Source: Octopus vulgaris
Lineage: Eukaryota
Assembly (NCBI GenBank): GCA_951406725.2
Contig: OX597816.1
Span: forward strand, 24,242,001 to 24,306,000
Length of the DNA: 64,000 nucleotides
Reading direction: 5' to 3'
In this document: positions 27,199 through 42,423 of the stretch, one piece after another
Position numbering within the stretch: the stretch's first letter is position 1
How the letters are laid out: the number at the start of each line of letters is the position of its first letter
Translations under genes and position numbers: made by a program
The notes under the pieces: model-generated
What the model was told of the DNA's origin: nothing
Databases searched by the model: none
What the model saw: the letters and a program-made list of their open reading frames with translations, nothing else

Positions 27199-28428
27199 AA
27201 TTGCTCGGACCCCCAAGTCTGTTCTGGTCAAGCACATTGATGATCAACGGCGTTCTACGGTGACCATTCCGTTCGTTATATATATCTACGATTACATAGA
27301 CCAACGGGACTTCCTTTCATTAGAACGGTAGCGTATACTTTAAAAGAGGTTTAACTCCTATTCCCAGCAAAGTCATTTCCTCGCTGGCTCAAGTATTTTC
27401 TGGTCGAAGATATAGACGTATTTTTATCCTGGAAGGTTATCTCAAGCGTGCTTAAAACTATAAATATACCAACCAAGATATTGGAGAAGCTATTTAATGG
27501 CTTTCGGTTTAGAATACCAAATGCCGCTAAAAGTATTATCGTCTCTGTGAAGTTACAAAATAGCAAATCTATAAGAAAATCTCTATAGGCGCAGGTATGG
27601 CTGCATGGTTAAGCAGCTCACTTTGCAACCAGGTGGTTTCGGGTTCAGTTCCACTACGACGTACCTTCTATAGTTCCGGTTCTATCAATGCTTTACGAGT
27701 GAATTTAGTAGACGGCAACTCAATGGCAGCTTGTCCTTAATTAATTTTTTGGAATATTGATTCTCGAAGCAAATCATATACAGCTATAAAAAACAGCATG
27801 TAAATACAGGGTTGCAAAACCCTTTCGGACAGAAAAAGTCGAAGGCAGTCTTCAGTTTTTTGGGGCGTTTTTATCAAAAAGAGTCTTTCAGCCCAATTTC
27901 TTTATAGCTTTATGTGATGTGCTTTGAGAACCACTGTTTCAAAAAGCAGACAAAAGAAAAAAGAAAGAAATATTTCACGTTCTCTCGAACTTTTTTGAAA
28001 TTCTTATTATGCCAACAATATGTGTAAATGTTATGTGTGTGTGTGTTTGTGCATGTATATAGATATACATATTTGCATATATGTATGTATATGTGTGTGT
28101 GTGTGTATTACTGGATGTACTTGCGTATGTATAAATGTATGTGTGAACGTGTTTTCGCGTCGTGCTTGCCCCTCACATCGCTTGGCAACCGGTATTGGTT
28201 TGTTTAAGCCCTGCAACATAGCGGTTAGGAAAAGAAAACGAGAGAATAATTTTTAAAAATAAATACTGAGATTGATTTGTTCAACTAAAACCCTTTGTTC
28301 AACTAAAACCGTCGTTGTCCAATGATTGAAACAAGTAAACGATAAAAAAAATCTCACGTAACTTACACTAGTGAAATAAGATCCACCACTGTCAAGATCT
28401 TGTATTCTCTGTCATTATAACAGCCGCA

Positions 28429-28641
28429 AAGGCGGCGAGGTGGCAGAATCGCTAACACGCCGGGCGAAATGCATAGCGGAATATCGTCTGCTGCTACGTT
28501 CTGAGTTCAAATTCCGCCGAGGTCGACTTTGCCTTTCATCATTTAGGGGTTGATAAATTAAGTACCAGTTGAGTACTGGGGTCGATATAATCGACTATGT
28601 CCTTCCCCAAAATTTCAGGCCTTGTGCCTATAGTAGAAAGG
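28429..28641 (+). mobile_element. SINE family B monomer with TSD
   Basis: Head ggcggcgaggtggcagaatcg, B-box gagttcaaattcc; 15-bp TSD attataacagccgca at 28414-28428 and 28642-28656. Confidence 0.9.
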
Positions 28642-28759
28642 ATTATAACAGCCGCATTTTGCTACAAAGTATTGGGGCCTGGTTTCCAGCTAGACTTCAA
28701 CCACTTCTCTTATCTCCGGGATAAATGCCTCTTATGCATCTATTCTATCTTTTATCTTT

Positions 28760-29310
<551 letters not shown>

Positions 29311-29637
29311 AAATATCTCCATAATCGTTTTTGCTGTTGTCGTTGTTGTTGTTGTTGTTTTCTTTTCTGCCAATCTCTCTTCTCTTGTATCTCTTCTGAA
29401 GATTATTCAACGAGTGATGCATCTTTTCGCTAATTCTCATCGATTCACTGTTGTCCAGTTCTGTAAAAAAAAAAATATTTCTGCTCAAATAGCTTCTTTC
29501 CTCGGACATCTGTCTTCTGGTTTCCTAGAAAAATATCTTACGCGTAATTCCTCCAAATCTTACACTGATCGTTACAGCATTCTTTAGACCAGCTTTTCAT
29601 TAGACATTTTCTCTTTTCTTCTCTAATCTCTAACACA

Positions 29638-30025
29638 CAGGCGTAGCCGTGGCTTTGTAAAAGGATAATTTACTTCCCAAACACATGGTTCCGCGTTCAG
29701 TCCCACTGTGTGGTACGTTGGATAAGTGTCGAGCTGACCAAAGCCTTCTGAGCGGATTTGGTAGACAGAAACTGAAAGACGCCTGTCGTATATATCGTAT
29801 ATATACATATGTATGTATATGACTGTGTGTCTGTGTTTGTCCCCCCGACATCACTTGACAACCGATGCTGGTGTGTTTACGTCTCCGTAACTTAGCAGTC
29901 CAGAAAAAGAAACCGATAGAATAAGTACTTACAAAGAATAAGTCCTGGGGTCGATTTGCTCGACTAAAGGCGGTGCTCCAGCATGGCCTCAGCCATATGA
30001 CAAACAAATAAAAGAATAACAGAAT
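29638..30025 (+). mobile_element. SINE family A
   Basis: Head and tail both present. Confidence 0.85.
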
Positions 30026-30039
30026 ATGTAATACACGAT

Positions 30040-30285
30040 GCCATTCATTCCATCCATTTTTTGCTGCTCCCTATTTGTGGGAGAGATGTGGGGGCAGGCT
30101 CCACAGATACTCCACTCCTTAGGGCTCTACCAGAATCAACTGGTTAGATTCCCAAGCGTGACAAACTGAGGTTATGAGGTATTATCCAACCATCTCACTC
30201 TTGGACTATCCCTTAAGTCTCTTGCCAGTTGACTCGGCTTGAAGAATCCGTCTGGCGAGTTTTTCCTGCGACATTCTAACCATTC
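30040..30285 (-). mobile_element. RTE-clade LINE 3' fragment
   Basis: VRMSQEKLARRILQAESTGKR..PRVRWLDN (RM..R..L...G.R.RGRP..RW.D motif); (tggaa)-like tail. Confidence 0.65.
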
Positions 30286-30532
30286 TAAGTTCGTGGTATT
30301 TGGTTTCTATGACAGCAGAGATATGATAATTAAATTTCTGACATGAGAGTCTTTAGAGTGGAGTTTGGAAGTTGGAATGCAGTAGGTATGACTTGATTAA
30401 AGGAGACAAGACAATTTTGTAGTAATTAACTGTTTAGGAGCAGAACTATTAAGATAAACAGCAGGAGAATCAAAGGAAAAAGGTATATAATTCTTGTTCT
30501 GCTTCAACACCAATATTCAATATACCATCATA

Positions 30533-30947
30533 GGGCGGCGAGCTGGCAGACTCGTTAGCACGCCGGGCGAAATGCTTTGCAGTATTTCGTCAGCCGCTAC
30601 GTTCTGAGTTCAAATTCCGCCGAGGTCGACTTTGCCTTTCATCCTTTCGGGGTCGATAAATTAAGTACCAGTTACGCACTGGAGTCGATGTAATCGACTT
30701 AATCCGTTTGTCTGTCCTTGTTTGTCCCCTCTGTGTTTAGCGCCTTGTAGTAATAAAGAAATAGGTATTTCGTCTGCCGTTACGTTCTGAGTTCAAATTC
30801 CGCCGAGGTCGACTTTGCCTTTCATCCTTTCGGTGTCGATAAATTAAGTACCAGTTACGTACTGCAGTCGATGTAATCGACTTAATCCGTTTGTCTATCC
30901 TTGTTTATCCCCTCTATGCTTAGCCCCCTGTGGGCAATAAAGAAATA
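30533..30947 (+). mobile_element. SINE family B dimer with TSD
   Basis: Two cores; 17-bp TSD aatattcaatataccat at 30512-30528 and 30948-30964. Confidence 0.9.
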
Positions 30948-31129
30948 AATATTCAATATACCATAATTTTCAACAAAAAAAAGAAAATGAAACAAGGACG
31001 CCTCTAAGTGGCAGTTTGAGCTCCTATAAATGGCAGTTATATCTCTCATAAATTACACCCTAATGTCCTAGAAAAGCTGACATTGGTTAAGGTGGTACAT
31101 ATAAGATGGGGTATGCGAAATAATGTTTG

Positions 31130-31605
31130 AATATGGTTAAGAAGCTCGCTTTGGTTTCGGGTTCAGTCACACTGCACGGTAGCACCTCGGACATGTATCT
31201 TCATCTATAGCCCCGAGCCTACCAATACCTTGCGAGTGAATTTTTGTAGACGGAAACTGTGTGGAAGCTCGTCGTGTGCATATATGTATGTGTATGCATG
31301 AGTGTGTATGTATATGTGCGCTTGTGTGTATTTGTGTTTGCGTTTATCTTTCCTGACCACTTTACAACCGGTTTTGGTTTGTTTACGTCCCCGTAACTTA
31401 ACGGTTCGGTAAAAGTTGCCTATAAGATAAAAAATAGCTGTTAAAAAAAACACAAAACAAAACTCAAAACTTACCAGGGTTGGTTCCGGGTTCAGTCCCA
31501 CTGCGTGACACCTTGGGCAAGTGTCTTCTACTATAGCATCGGGCCGACCAAAGCCTTGTGAGTGGATTTGGCAGACGGAAACTGAAAGAAGCCCGTCGTA
31601 TATAT

Positions 31606-31679
<74 letters not shown>

Positions 31680-31850
31680 GTGTTTCTATGTATGTCCCCG
31701 TAACTCAGCGGTTCGGCAAAAGAGACCGATAGAATATATACTAGGCTTACAAAGAATAAGTACTGGGGTCAATTTGCTCGACTAAAGGCGGTGCTACAGC
31801 ATGGCCGCAGTCAAATGGCTGAAACAAGTAAAAGAGTAAAAGAGTAAACC
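31130..31850 (+). mobile_element. Two SINE family A copies (old 31130-31430; younger 31480-31845)
   Basis: Family A homology. Confidence 0.8.
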
Positions 31851-32629
31851 CTTCAACCCAGTGCCCCAGTATGGTCGCAGTCGAATGGCTTGAAACAAGT
31901 AAAAGATAAAAAGATGAAAAAATACAGAGAGTCATGGCTGGAATGCCTTTGATCATAGACCCAGTCGATCAGGAATGACTTGGGCAAACAACAAAAACAA
32001 CAAAAGAAAGATTTTTTTTGTTCCGTAAATTAATATAAATTTCTATGTGATTACATCGATCTGAAAGACTGAATGATTATGGTTACTTATCAGTGATCAA
32101 ATATTGAACACTACGGGTCCCTGCGCGACGCTAAGTTACACACACTAAAAGCTTTACATTATACTTGGTTTGATAATGGTGGACGCTAACGAATTATAAC
32201 ATTTCTGTTGTCAAAGAAACCAAACAAAATCTACAAACCGTGTTTTTTGCTTCTAAACAACTCATTACAGTGTTTGTAACTCGCAAATTCGACAGAAACG
32301 AATGTGTTATATCGAATTTACTGTGATGCATCTGTTTGTCGATTTTCTTTTATAAATGAGACCAATTCGATCTTAAACACTATGCTTTATAAACGAGAGA
32401 AAAGATGCTAGGAATAATGGATTACCTAATATCTCTTCACGTATAGAAAACTGATGAACGATAGAAAGTGAATGCCAAATAAACCCAACGTTGATGTTGA
32501 ATCCCATGTCACTGTGATCCGGTAAACCAACAATCGAGAGTGTTCCAGCCACGACCATTCCGTCTTCCTGTGTATCAGTGGTTACGAAATATACACCACC
32601 AGAAGTTCTTGTTGACAAACAACAGCAGT

Positions 32630-32843
32630 AATTTTATTCAGCTGAATACACGTCATTGATTGGTTGAAATTACCGAAATACTACAACTTTAACGTGAAAT
32701 AACTTCCTAAATATAAGCTTTTCTCAAAAACGTTAAGAGAAAAAGATGTTTTATATGACACATTCTATCAGTGTCCGAAGTTTGAAAGTGTTTAGTTACA
32801 AAAAAATTATTTTTTAAATCTGTCGGTCAAATGGTAAAGATCC
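32630..32843 (+). mobile_element. Partial copy of the MITE at 58241-58665
   Basis: acgtcattgattggttgaaatt..gagaaaaagatgttttat..aaagtgtttagttac..tcggtcaaa..aaagatcc. Confidence 0.7.
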
Positions 32844-33064
32844 AAAATGTTTCAAAACAGATTTCTAGGCGTAGATGAAAATATTTAACAGGTTATAAAT
32901 TTTTTGACGTTCTGTATAGTCAAGTACTAGGGCCAAGTAAACTGGTCCTAGTATTTGAATTCTATTTTATTTCATCAGTCCAGAAAGGCATTCGATTCAG
33001 CACCAGGCGAATGAATCTGACGAAAGCAAGAGCTCTTGTTTATAGGAATCAATAAATACATCCG

Positions 33065-33305
33065 TGTCCCGAAAATTTTCCGTGAGAAATTTTCCGTAAG
33101 AAATTTTCCGTATGGAGAATGATAAGGAATAAAATATTAGAATTTTTAAAAATAAAATAGTAAAGAATGATAAAAAGGTTTTATAAAAGCATTAAAAATA
33201 GATGTCTTTATTCATCGTCAAAGCGTGAAGCCATTTAAAATGAAATTTCTTACAGCAAATTTTTCTACGGCAAAAATGCTTACAGCGGCAAAACTTCCTA
33301 TAACC
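33065..33305. mobile_element. Possible MITE with ~15-bp subterminal tandem repeats (gaaattttccgt)
   Basis: Three tandem units at the left and degenerate units at the right ending cctataacc; termini not resolved. Confidence 0.4.
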
Positions 33306-33699
33306 AAATATATTAGCTTTCGGAACGTATTAAAAACCTATTTATTGCTTGGATTCTCGCTGTTCTGCGCGCAACCTTTCAATTATTATGTTTGGCAGAA
33401 ACTGGCACGTATCAACTAATAATTTGTTCGCTGATTGCTATAAACGAGAGCTTGTGCTCTTGTTCATCCCTTCGGTGGAGTAGCTTCGATTGAGGATACA
33501 CAACCATGTCGAAACAATGCAGTATCTCAAAGTTCCCTTAGACTTTTATAGGGAAATGGCGTTCTCCGATGATGTACAAACAACACTTTCGAAACTGCTA
33601 GAATGTAATAGGAATGAAGAGGTACGTTTCAGTTAAAAGTTTGTAGAATTCACCTTACAAAGGCGACAATTGTTTCTCTTGTGTCAATATCCTTTAAAC

Positions 33700-34230
33700 T
33701 AAAGGCACAAGGCCTGAAATTGGGTGGGTAGGGGACTAGTCGATTACAGCGACCCCAGTGTTTCATTGGTACTTAATTTATCGACCCTGAAAGGATGAAA
33801 GGCAAATTCGACCTCGGCGGAATTTGAACTCAGAACATGTAGACAGATGAAATACCTATTTCTTTACTACCCACAAGGGGTTAAACACAGAGAGAACAAG
33901 CAAGGACAGACAAACGGATTAAGTCGATTATATTCACCCCAGTGCGTAACTGGTACTTATTTAATCGACCCCGAAAGGATGAAAAGCAAAGTCGACCTCG
34001 GTGGAATTTGAACTCAGAACGTAGCGGCACACGACTACCCACAAGGGGCTAAACACAGAGGGGACAAACAAGGACAGACAAACGGATTAAGTCGATTATA
34101 TCGACACCAATGCGTAACTGGTACTTATTTAATCGACCACGAAAGGATGAAAGGCAAAGTCGACCTCGGCGGAATTTGAACTCAGAACGTAAGGTCAGAC
34201 GAAATACCGCTAAGCATTTGAACTCAGAAC
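33700..34230 (-). mobile_element. SINE family B trimer
   Basis: Three cores (gaatttgaactcagaac at ~33820, 34005 and 34172). Confidence 0.85.
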
Positions 34231-34357
34231 TTAAATAACCGTAGCTAAATGATGGCCTTCTCCGACGATCTCGATGCATGAGTTTCTAGTTATTGGGTCA
34301 ACTAAAAAATATATTCTTTGAATCGGCACTAAACGTAGATGAGGTGAATGAACATAA

Positions 34358-34710
34358 CTGCGTGGCACCTTGGGTAAGTGTCTTCTACTATAGCCTCGGG
34401 CCGACCAAAGCCCTATGAATGGATTTGGTAGACGGAAACTGAAAGAAGCCCGTCGTATATATGTATATATATATATGCATGTGTGTGTGTATATGTTTCT
34501 GTGTATATGTTTGCCCCTCCTCCCAACATCGCTTGACAACCGATGCTGATGTGTTTACGTCCCCCGTAACTTAGCGGTTCGGCAAAAGAATAGACTGATA
34601 GAATAAGTACTAGGCTTCAAAAGAATAAGTCCTGGGGTCGATTTGCTCGACTAAAGGCGGTTCTCCAGCATGGCCGCAGTCAAATGACTGAAACAAGTAA
34701 AAGAGAGAAA
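34358..34710 (+). mobile_element. SINE family A, 5'-truncated
   Basis: Family A homology. Confidence 0.85.
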
Positions 34711-35037
34711 ATATATACACGTGTCTGTGTGTGTGCGTGCGTGCGTGTCTGTGTGAATTCATATAGACGCATATATTCACTGGCTGCCGTTTTATTTTGG
34801 ATATAAGATTCTTTTCAGACCACATTATCAAGCGCCATCGACGATACACTATCTGCATTGCGCTAATGTTTAATGCAATGTCTTTTGCCAGGTCAAAAGA
34901 TTAGCGCTTTAACTTCATTATAGCCTAACTTTCTTTTAACATTCTTGTACTACCATCGTCTCTTCATACACACACAATATACATCTATACACACACGTAC
35001 ATGCATACATACATACATACATACATACATACATACA

Positions 35038-35107
<70 letters not shown>

Positions 35108-35182
35108 CTCAAATACATATATGCATAGATACTAACACACACACAGATATATAATATATATATATATAATATATAATATATA

Positions 35183-35251
<69 letters not shown>

Positions 35252-35387
35252 GCACACACTCAAATACACATACGTACAAATGCATAGATGCTAGCACATA
35301 CACACACACATATATATATGTATGTATATATATATATATGCACACACTCAAATACATATACGTACAAATGCATAGATACTAACATAC

Positions 35388-35420
<33 letters not shown>

Positions 35421-35421
35421 A

Positions 35422-35520
<99 letters not shown>

Positions 35521-35773
35521 CACGACACGCGGTTATGACGATGCATCATTATTATTTAGCTGTCTTTATATATTCAGTCACGTATTCCAAGTGAGTAATT
35601 GCACCTTTGAAAGACTATCCTGCTTTGACTGTTCATTTAAGAATCGATTTATGTGTGTGTGTGTGTGTGAGTGTGTGCAAGGAAAATTTTGAAATCATTT
35701 TACTTTTACACCTTCATAAAAATTCATGTCACTCTCAGGCGATCTTTCGATAAGATTCAAACTCTTTGTCAGC

Positions 35774-35850
35774 CTCCCGTCCTCTTTTTCTCACCTTCTC
35801 TCTCCCTCTTTATCTCTCTCTCTGTCACTGATCTCCTCTCTCCCTCTTTC

Positions 35851-35902
<52 letters not shown>

Positions 35903-36083
35903 TATGAATGCATGTATGTATGTCTCGTTCTATATATATATATAGAACGATTGTGGAGGCGCGTGGCTTAGTGGTTAGGGTGTCAATCTCCCGTCCGCTT
36001 TTTCGCACCTTCTCCCTTCCTCTTTATCTCTCTCTCTCACTGATCACCTCTCTCTCTCTCTCTCTCTCTCTTTTTCTATGTGT

Positions 36084-36123
<40 letters not shown>

Positions 36124-36300
36124 GTGTTTGTAAGTATGCATGTATGTATGTATGAATGTATGTATGTCTCGCTCTATATAAATATGTATCTATATATATG
36201 CAGATTGTGGAGGCGCGTGGCTTAGTGGTTAGGTTGTAAGTTTCGATTCCTGGACCGGGCGATGCGTTGTGTTCTTGAGTAAAACCCTTCATTTCACGTT
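35774..36300 (+). repeat. Local tandem duplication (~215-245 bp) ending in a SINE C head
   Basis: ctcccgtcc...cactgatc...gtatgtctcg...gattgtggaggcgcgtggcttagtggttagg occurs twice. Confidence 0.7.
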
Positions 36301-37117
36301 GAGAGAGAGAGAGAAAGAGAGAGGACAAAGTGTACGTACGCCGCTATATATATAGAAATATATATATATATATACATGCATCTATCTATCTAACTATGTA
36401 TCTATCTCTATACCTATGTTTATATGTATGTATTTATGTTAATGCAAGTCATCACAATGGTACATACTATAATTTTTTCAATCCAATAATATTACATATA
36501 AGTTACACGTCTCTGACTATTTGATATTAAGATGATGTAATTTGCATTATGCAACCAATAATCACCTGAAGTTAGTGAAACTTACGTAAGCTGCTGTAAC
36601 TAAATGTCTTGGCGCCATAAAGCTCCTGCTCATTAACAGAGTCTTTCTTTTGTAGACTTGGTAAATGAGAATGTTTCCACTTGCTTTGCGCATGTGTACA
36701 AGGTACGAGAAAAACTTAGAAAGTGATTTATAGATGTTGCTAAAGGACAACGCTTGCAAGTTGGAAAATTCTGGATTATGCTTTATAATATTCTACATTG
36801 TAGAAACTGTTTTTTTTTTTAGTTGCTCAACCAGAGATTTTTATTAGGGACTCGAAGATGTATAAGACGAAGGGACGGATTTATTCTTAAACTGAAGACT
36901 TAACCGGAATGAATGCAACAAAGTGGATCTCACTGAAGAAGCCCGGTGCTCAAGTAGAATGGTTATATTAAACCAGGCTGCGGATGGATCCTACCATCCA
37001 AGAGAAGGAACGATTTCTCCGGCGGGTATCCGTACAGTTTCTTTTTACCAAATTTTAATTTACAAGAATTTGGTCCACTTGGGTCTATGCTAATAGGAAC
37101 CTAGTGTCTTCTTCCAT

Positions 37118-37350
37118 ACCTATTTCTTTACTACCCACAAGGAGCTAAACACAGAGGAGACAAACAAGGACAGACAAACGGATTAAGTCGATTATATCGA
37201 CCCCAGTGCGTAACTGGTATTTTATTTATCGACCCCAAAAGGATGAAAGGCAAAGTCGACCACGGCGGAATTTGAACTCAGAACGTAACGGCAGACGAAA
37301 TACGGCTACGCATTTCGCCCAGCCTGCTAACGTTTCTGCCAGCTCGCCGT
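37118..37350 (-). mobile_element. SINE family B
   Basis: Complete monomer, reversed. Confidence 0.85.
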
Positions 37351-37769
37351 CAGGTACCAAGCAATGAGGACTGTACCAGAATCCATAAAATTGCGAAACG
37401 AAATCCTTAAATACCCAACCATGCCTTCAGCTTTGAAGAATGAGAAACTGTAGCAGGCTGATGTGGATCCTGATAACAGAATTCACATGAGCTATAGATA
37501 TGCAGATGAAAGGCAACGAACTACAGCATATCCAGTTGTTCATTGATCAGATTCCGCTCATGTCATAATAGAACTTTCATAATCTTCTGTCCGATGCAGA
37601 TTGTAAACAATGCGTTATTATCAATAGATGTTTTGCCGACCTAAAACTAAACTTTATCGTATTTCATAAACAAGAAGATTTGTCATTAACGAATTGCCTA
37701 TTTTTTTAAAAACTGAAAAAGGTAAAAATACCCATTTGACACTTCCCCAAGATAATTTTTCTAATATAG

Positions 37770-38150
37770 ACATAAAGCCTGAAATTTATTTCTGTCTGAA
37801 GGAGCTAATCGATTACATCGAACCCTGATACTTACTTTTATCAACATAGGAAGGATGAAAGGCAAAGTCGACCTCGGTGAAACTGGAACTCAGAACGTAA
37901 ATAGCCTCAAATAATGCCTATTTCTTTTTACTACCCACAAGGGGATAAACATAGAGGGGACAAACAAGGACAGGCAAACGGATTAAGTCGATTATATCAA
38001 CTCCAGTGCGTAATTGGTACTTATTTAAACGACCTCGAAAGGATGAAAGGCAAAGTCGACCTCGGCGGAATTTGAACTCAGAACGTAGCGGCAGACGAAA
38101 TACCGCTAAGCATTTCATCCGTCGTGCTAACGATACTGCCAGGTCACCGC
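37770..38150 (-). mobile_element. SINE family B (old unit plus younger unit)
   Basis: Two cores, reversed. Confidence 0.8.
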
Positions 38151-38734
38151 ATCGTCTCTTTTTGGTAATAGTAGTTATGCTTTTCTTACTGTCGTTCTTA
38201 ATATTGTTGTGGCTGTTGCTGCTGTTAGTGGTGGAGGCGGTGGTGGTGATTTGCCCAAGGGGCTGTCTAAACTGAGCAGACTTACTGCGAGGCATGTGTT
38301 TGTTATTTTAAAAGTTATTTTAAAGTTATCGAACAAAGTTTAATGTGTCGAGTGTCTATTCCTGTTGTTACTGTTGTTGTGGTTTGATCCCACGTTAATA
38401 CTGACCAAGCAAACCTATAATACGTCAGGAATGAGTTGTTATTAATACATATATGAATATACACACGCATATATATATATAACATTATTAATTCTAAATC
38501 ACTCAAAGAGAGATATTCAGTAACAGTTCTTCAAAGTAGAGACTATTTGTCAACATAATGTGGGTGTCCTGGAAGGGACGATTGCTACTGTTGTTTAGCC
38601 CCAGGAAACATCGTTTCCAGCTGGCTATACAACACAATATCTGTGTCCTTATATTATAAAATTGAATAATGCGCCCACTCTTTTTCTATGACAGTAAGGT
38701 GTGATTTAATGAGCTTTGCCTGCTATTTCTTGCC

Positions 38735-38781
38735 TTATGAGTGAATTTGGTAGACAAAACCAAAAGAAGCCCGTCGTATAA

Positions 38782-38849
<68 letters not shown>

Positions 38850-39058
38850 CTATATGTTTGTGTGTCTGTGTTCGTCGCCCCAACATCGTTTGACAACCGA
38901 TGCTGGTGTGTTTACGTCCCCGGAACTTAGCAGTTCGGCAAAAGAGACGGATAGAATAAATACTAGACTTACAAAGAATAAGTCCTGGGGTCGATTTGCT
39001 CGACTAAAGGCGGTGCTCCAGCATGGCCACAGTCAAATGACTGAAACAAGTAAAAAAA
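38735..39058 (+). mobile_element. SINE family A, 5'-truncated
   Basis: Family A homology. Confidence 0.85.
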
Positions 39059-39519
39059 TGTGTGTGGTAAAAACTTACTGTTGACAAAGGCAGCGTGGCG
39101 TTCAATTATTAAATGAAAAAGGTTTCTGGTACACTCTCAGCAGTGACTTCTGTTTATGCCTTTCATTCTTCTATAACTTCCTTTAATTATAATCAGCTCT
39201 ATTAGAGGAAAGTAAAGCTCAAATGACATTTCAAAGACAAAGTATGAAGGGTGATGTGTCAACAATCTCAAGCGACCTCGTAACTAGCAAACACATAACT
39301 AATACAAAGCAGGAGGAGATCTTGAAGGGGAAATGGTAGGATTATTTTCATATGCGTACACAAACACCAATATACAGATCACTAGATTGTTGACAATAAA
39401 AGTGTCATCACTGACAAGGTTTTAGCATATATCTGTGTTCACTACTATTGTTTCTTCTCTTAGTGGCGGCAGCCAAGGGATTTTCCTACTGGTTATTGTA
39501 TAAAACCTTCGTAGTTTGT

Positions 39520-39765
39520 TGTTTCTCGAGTCATGCCTGGCTCATAAGGGCCGGTCTCCCGGTTTCCTTGGCGTATAGGTTCCCCACCTGGATGGGACGC
39601 AAGATGCAGGAGGAAAAAGAGAGAGAAAGTTGCGGCGAAAGAGTCAGCAGAAGTTCGCCATTACCTTCTGCCGGAGCCGCGTGGAGATTATGCGTTTCAC
39701 TCATAAATACACACATCGTTCGGTTTGAGATTCGAACCCGCGATCTCTCGACCGCGAGTCCGCGC
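39520..39765 (-). mobile_element. SINE family D, 5'-truncated
   Basis: Matches 2007-2311. Confidence 0.85.
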
Positions 39766-41298
39766 CTGGATTTATGAGGAAGTGTTCTTATCTGCTGGAA
39801 ATTTTACCCCACAGGCGGCCTTTCAGGCTGCACAAGCAATATAACCAAGTGTGGCTTGGTTTGTGTTCCAGGGTGCTCCTTCTTATCAGCTGATTCAACT
39901 TTTCAACTATCACATCTGCTGGTCTCTGTCATTCCTCATTTGCATTTGTTGGTGGCAAGTCGAGATTCTAGATTTTGGCATGAAGAGTCTGTGCATATCT
40001 CCTGCATGGTTAAGATTGAAGGTACCTTCAGATTGAAGGTATCTTAAGAGTTGTAGCCATTTCAGTCCAAGACACCACTTGACTGTTCTCAAGAAAAACC
40101 ACCCATAACAAAAGCAACAACAGGCGTAGAAAATTTTTCTGGAGGATAAACAAGGCGAAATACTTTCTGTGTCGGATCGTATTCCATATGTGTTGCATTT
40201 TGCTTTAATTCTGCAGGATTATGATATACAACCTGTTATTGGCGTTAAACCTCGACCTAACCCATCTTTCTGTATGTATCATCAAAGCCTATTTTTAGTT
40301 GAGACAAACAAAGGAAGAGAGAGAGAGAGGGGGGGGAACAGAGGGGGACAGAGAAGTCAGAGGGGACAGAGAGAGAACAGACGGAGAGAGAGAAAGGGAG
40401 AGAGGGAGAGAGATAGGGAGAGGGAGAGAGAGAGGGAGAGAGAGGAGGAGGGAGAGAGAGAGAGAGATGGACAAATAGACATATGGGCAGATGGGCAGAT
40501 GGGCAGATGGGCCGATGTGCAGAAGGACAATCGAGTTTCGTAGTGTACTGGTTTTTAATTTATCGACTTCGAAGGGATGAAATGCAAAGTAGATTGAAGG
40601 AAAGTCAAATGATTATTATAGGGCATCCATTCTGCATGCTAGTATTCATTATATATTCAAATATTCCTTATGCAGGGATTAAATAGGTTTTTCAAGTCAC
40701 GATAAACTCTGCATCATGGTTTTATGGATGTAGAATTAATCACGCTGATAATATCGATAGCTATTTGTTAAGTTACGACAAATCAGTGTTCTGAAGAATA
40801 ATTTGATAAATATTACAGACTTTATATGCAAACTTATTAATATATACATACATAAATTTAAAGGTATAATGAATAAACGTGCCAGTCGGTCAAAACAACT
40901 TTAAATCATTCCCAAGTTATCAAAAATCGAGCATGAATATATATTAGAACAACAGGCATCCAATGGTAAAACCCAACAGTATAAAATATACACAAATACA
41001 CGAATAAAAATGATAAAACCTAAAAGGCTAATACAAGTGAAGTCGAATGAAGAAAAATATATGGATTAAATTAATGCATGATAAAAGTGACCAAAAATTT
41101 AAGGCAATCGAGCTAAAATAATATAAATATAAGAATATAAATGTAAAAAATAGTGTAAGGTAACCTGAACAGAGTCCATTCAAGCCCATCTCTACGATCG
41201 TTTCAAAGGATGCTGTTTCACACCGTTAATGTACAATCCGTTGAGGAAATCCAAAGGCAACACCGTTTCATCAGGAGGAAAAATTACACGCACACACA

Positions 41299-41377
<79 letters not shown>

Positions 41378-41394
41378 TCACATGCAACTTCAGT

Positions 41395-41680
41395 AATACT
41401 TCAGATTGTCCTTTGCCGTCTTTATTGCGTCAGTAACTCCATGTTCAGTCAGAGCTTCGCAAAATGAACACCTCACAAAATCATTGCAGCTGACTTCATT
41501 TGACTCGCAGAACATCCGCTAGCCTTGGTTGCCCGTACTCTTCTCTCAGCTCCTTGTATGTAGCAATCTTTCTCCCTTGGGTCCCTTGTATGTGTTCTTC
41601 ATAGGACACAGCTGTTACAGGATCACCTATTTAAAAGAATCTGAGAAGACAACTGTGTTTGATCGGCAGGTTGTTGATAA
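41395..41680 (-). pseudogene. Heavily decayed RLE domain of a HERO/NeSL-like non-LTR retrotransposon
   Basis: Remnants VVFSDSFK*VIL..VSYEEHIQGTQGRKIATYKELREE..EVSCNDFV resemble ELTVPWEE..ERK..KY.EL..EVGCRGF. Confidence 0.5.
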
Positions 41681-41739
41681 TATTATAATCCAGGAACTAT
41701 AATTTTTTGGCGAGTTCTATTTCCAGCCGTTAGTTTAAG

Positions 41740-42060
41740 ACATCGTGCTCAGTGTTCAGAGAAATTCGGCTCACGATCGAAAGATCATGAGTTCGAATCC
41801 TGGCGGCGTGTTGTATCCTAAAGCAAGACATTTTATTTCACATTGTTCCAGTTCACTCAACTGGCAAAAAATAATTATCCTTGTAATTCAAAATGGCCAG
41901 CCTTGTAACATTCTGTGTCACGCTAAATCTCCTTGAGAACTACGTTAAGGGTACACGTATCTGTGGAGTTCCCATCCACTTTCACGTTAATTTCATGAGT
42001 AGGCTGTTCTGTTGATCGGATCAACAAGACTATTCGTCGTCGTAAGCGACGGAGTGCCAC
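41740..42060 (+). mobile_element. SINE family C
   Basis: gagttcgaatcc B-box, CORE-like segment, tail gacggagtgccac. Confidence 0.8.
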
Positions 42061-42423
42061 GGTGTAGTTTGAGATCTTGGAAAGTAGGCAGAGACGCTGA
42101 CACTTTCTTCTCAACATTAAGAAAAGCGATTGCTTCCTTACTAGAGTAGTTTTTTTTTACTTTACTCAATACCACCGACACAAACACCTTGGATTTTTAA
42201 AGAGGAAATAATGCTGTGATTCTTAGATGTTTCTGCTGATTATAAACGTCTGCGCTAGCTTCTGTAACCAATTAATTTTCGATACTGAATGCTGTGTTGA
42301 CTAAAGTCACTAACAGATGATAAACGGACATTCTTTAGAAGATTGTGCCTCTCTATCTCAAATAGTATCGAATTTGTTTTCGTAGATTCAAAGTTTAAGC
42401 GTAAGAGAAATATATGTGATTAT

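Noticed and set aside
27807-27936. Possible hAT MITE (cagggg...gagaaccactg)
   Set aside because: The TIRs match poorly and there is no 8-bp TSD
37420-37645. Minus-strand VGKTS after an AG (P-loop-like)
   Set aside because: The frame closes after about 25 codons and no other GTPase motifs follow
39780-40110. Possible decayed LINE coding sequence
   Set aside because: No motif could be assigned with confidence
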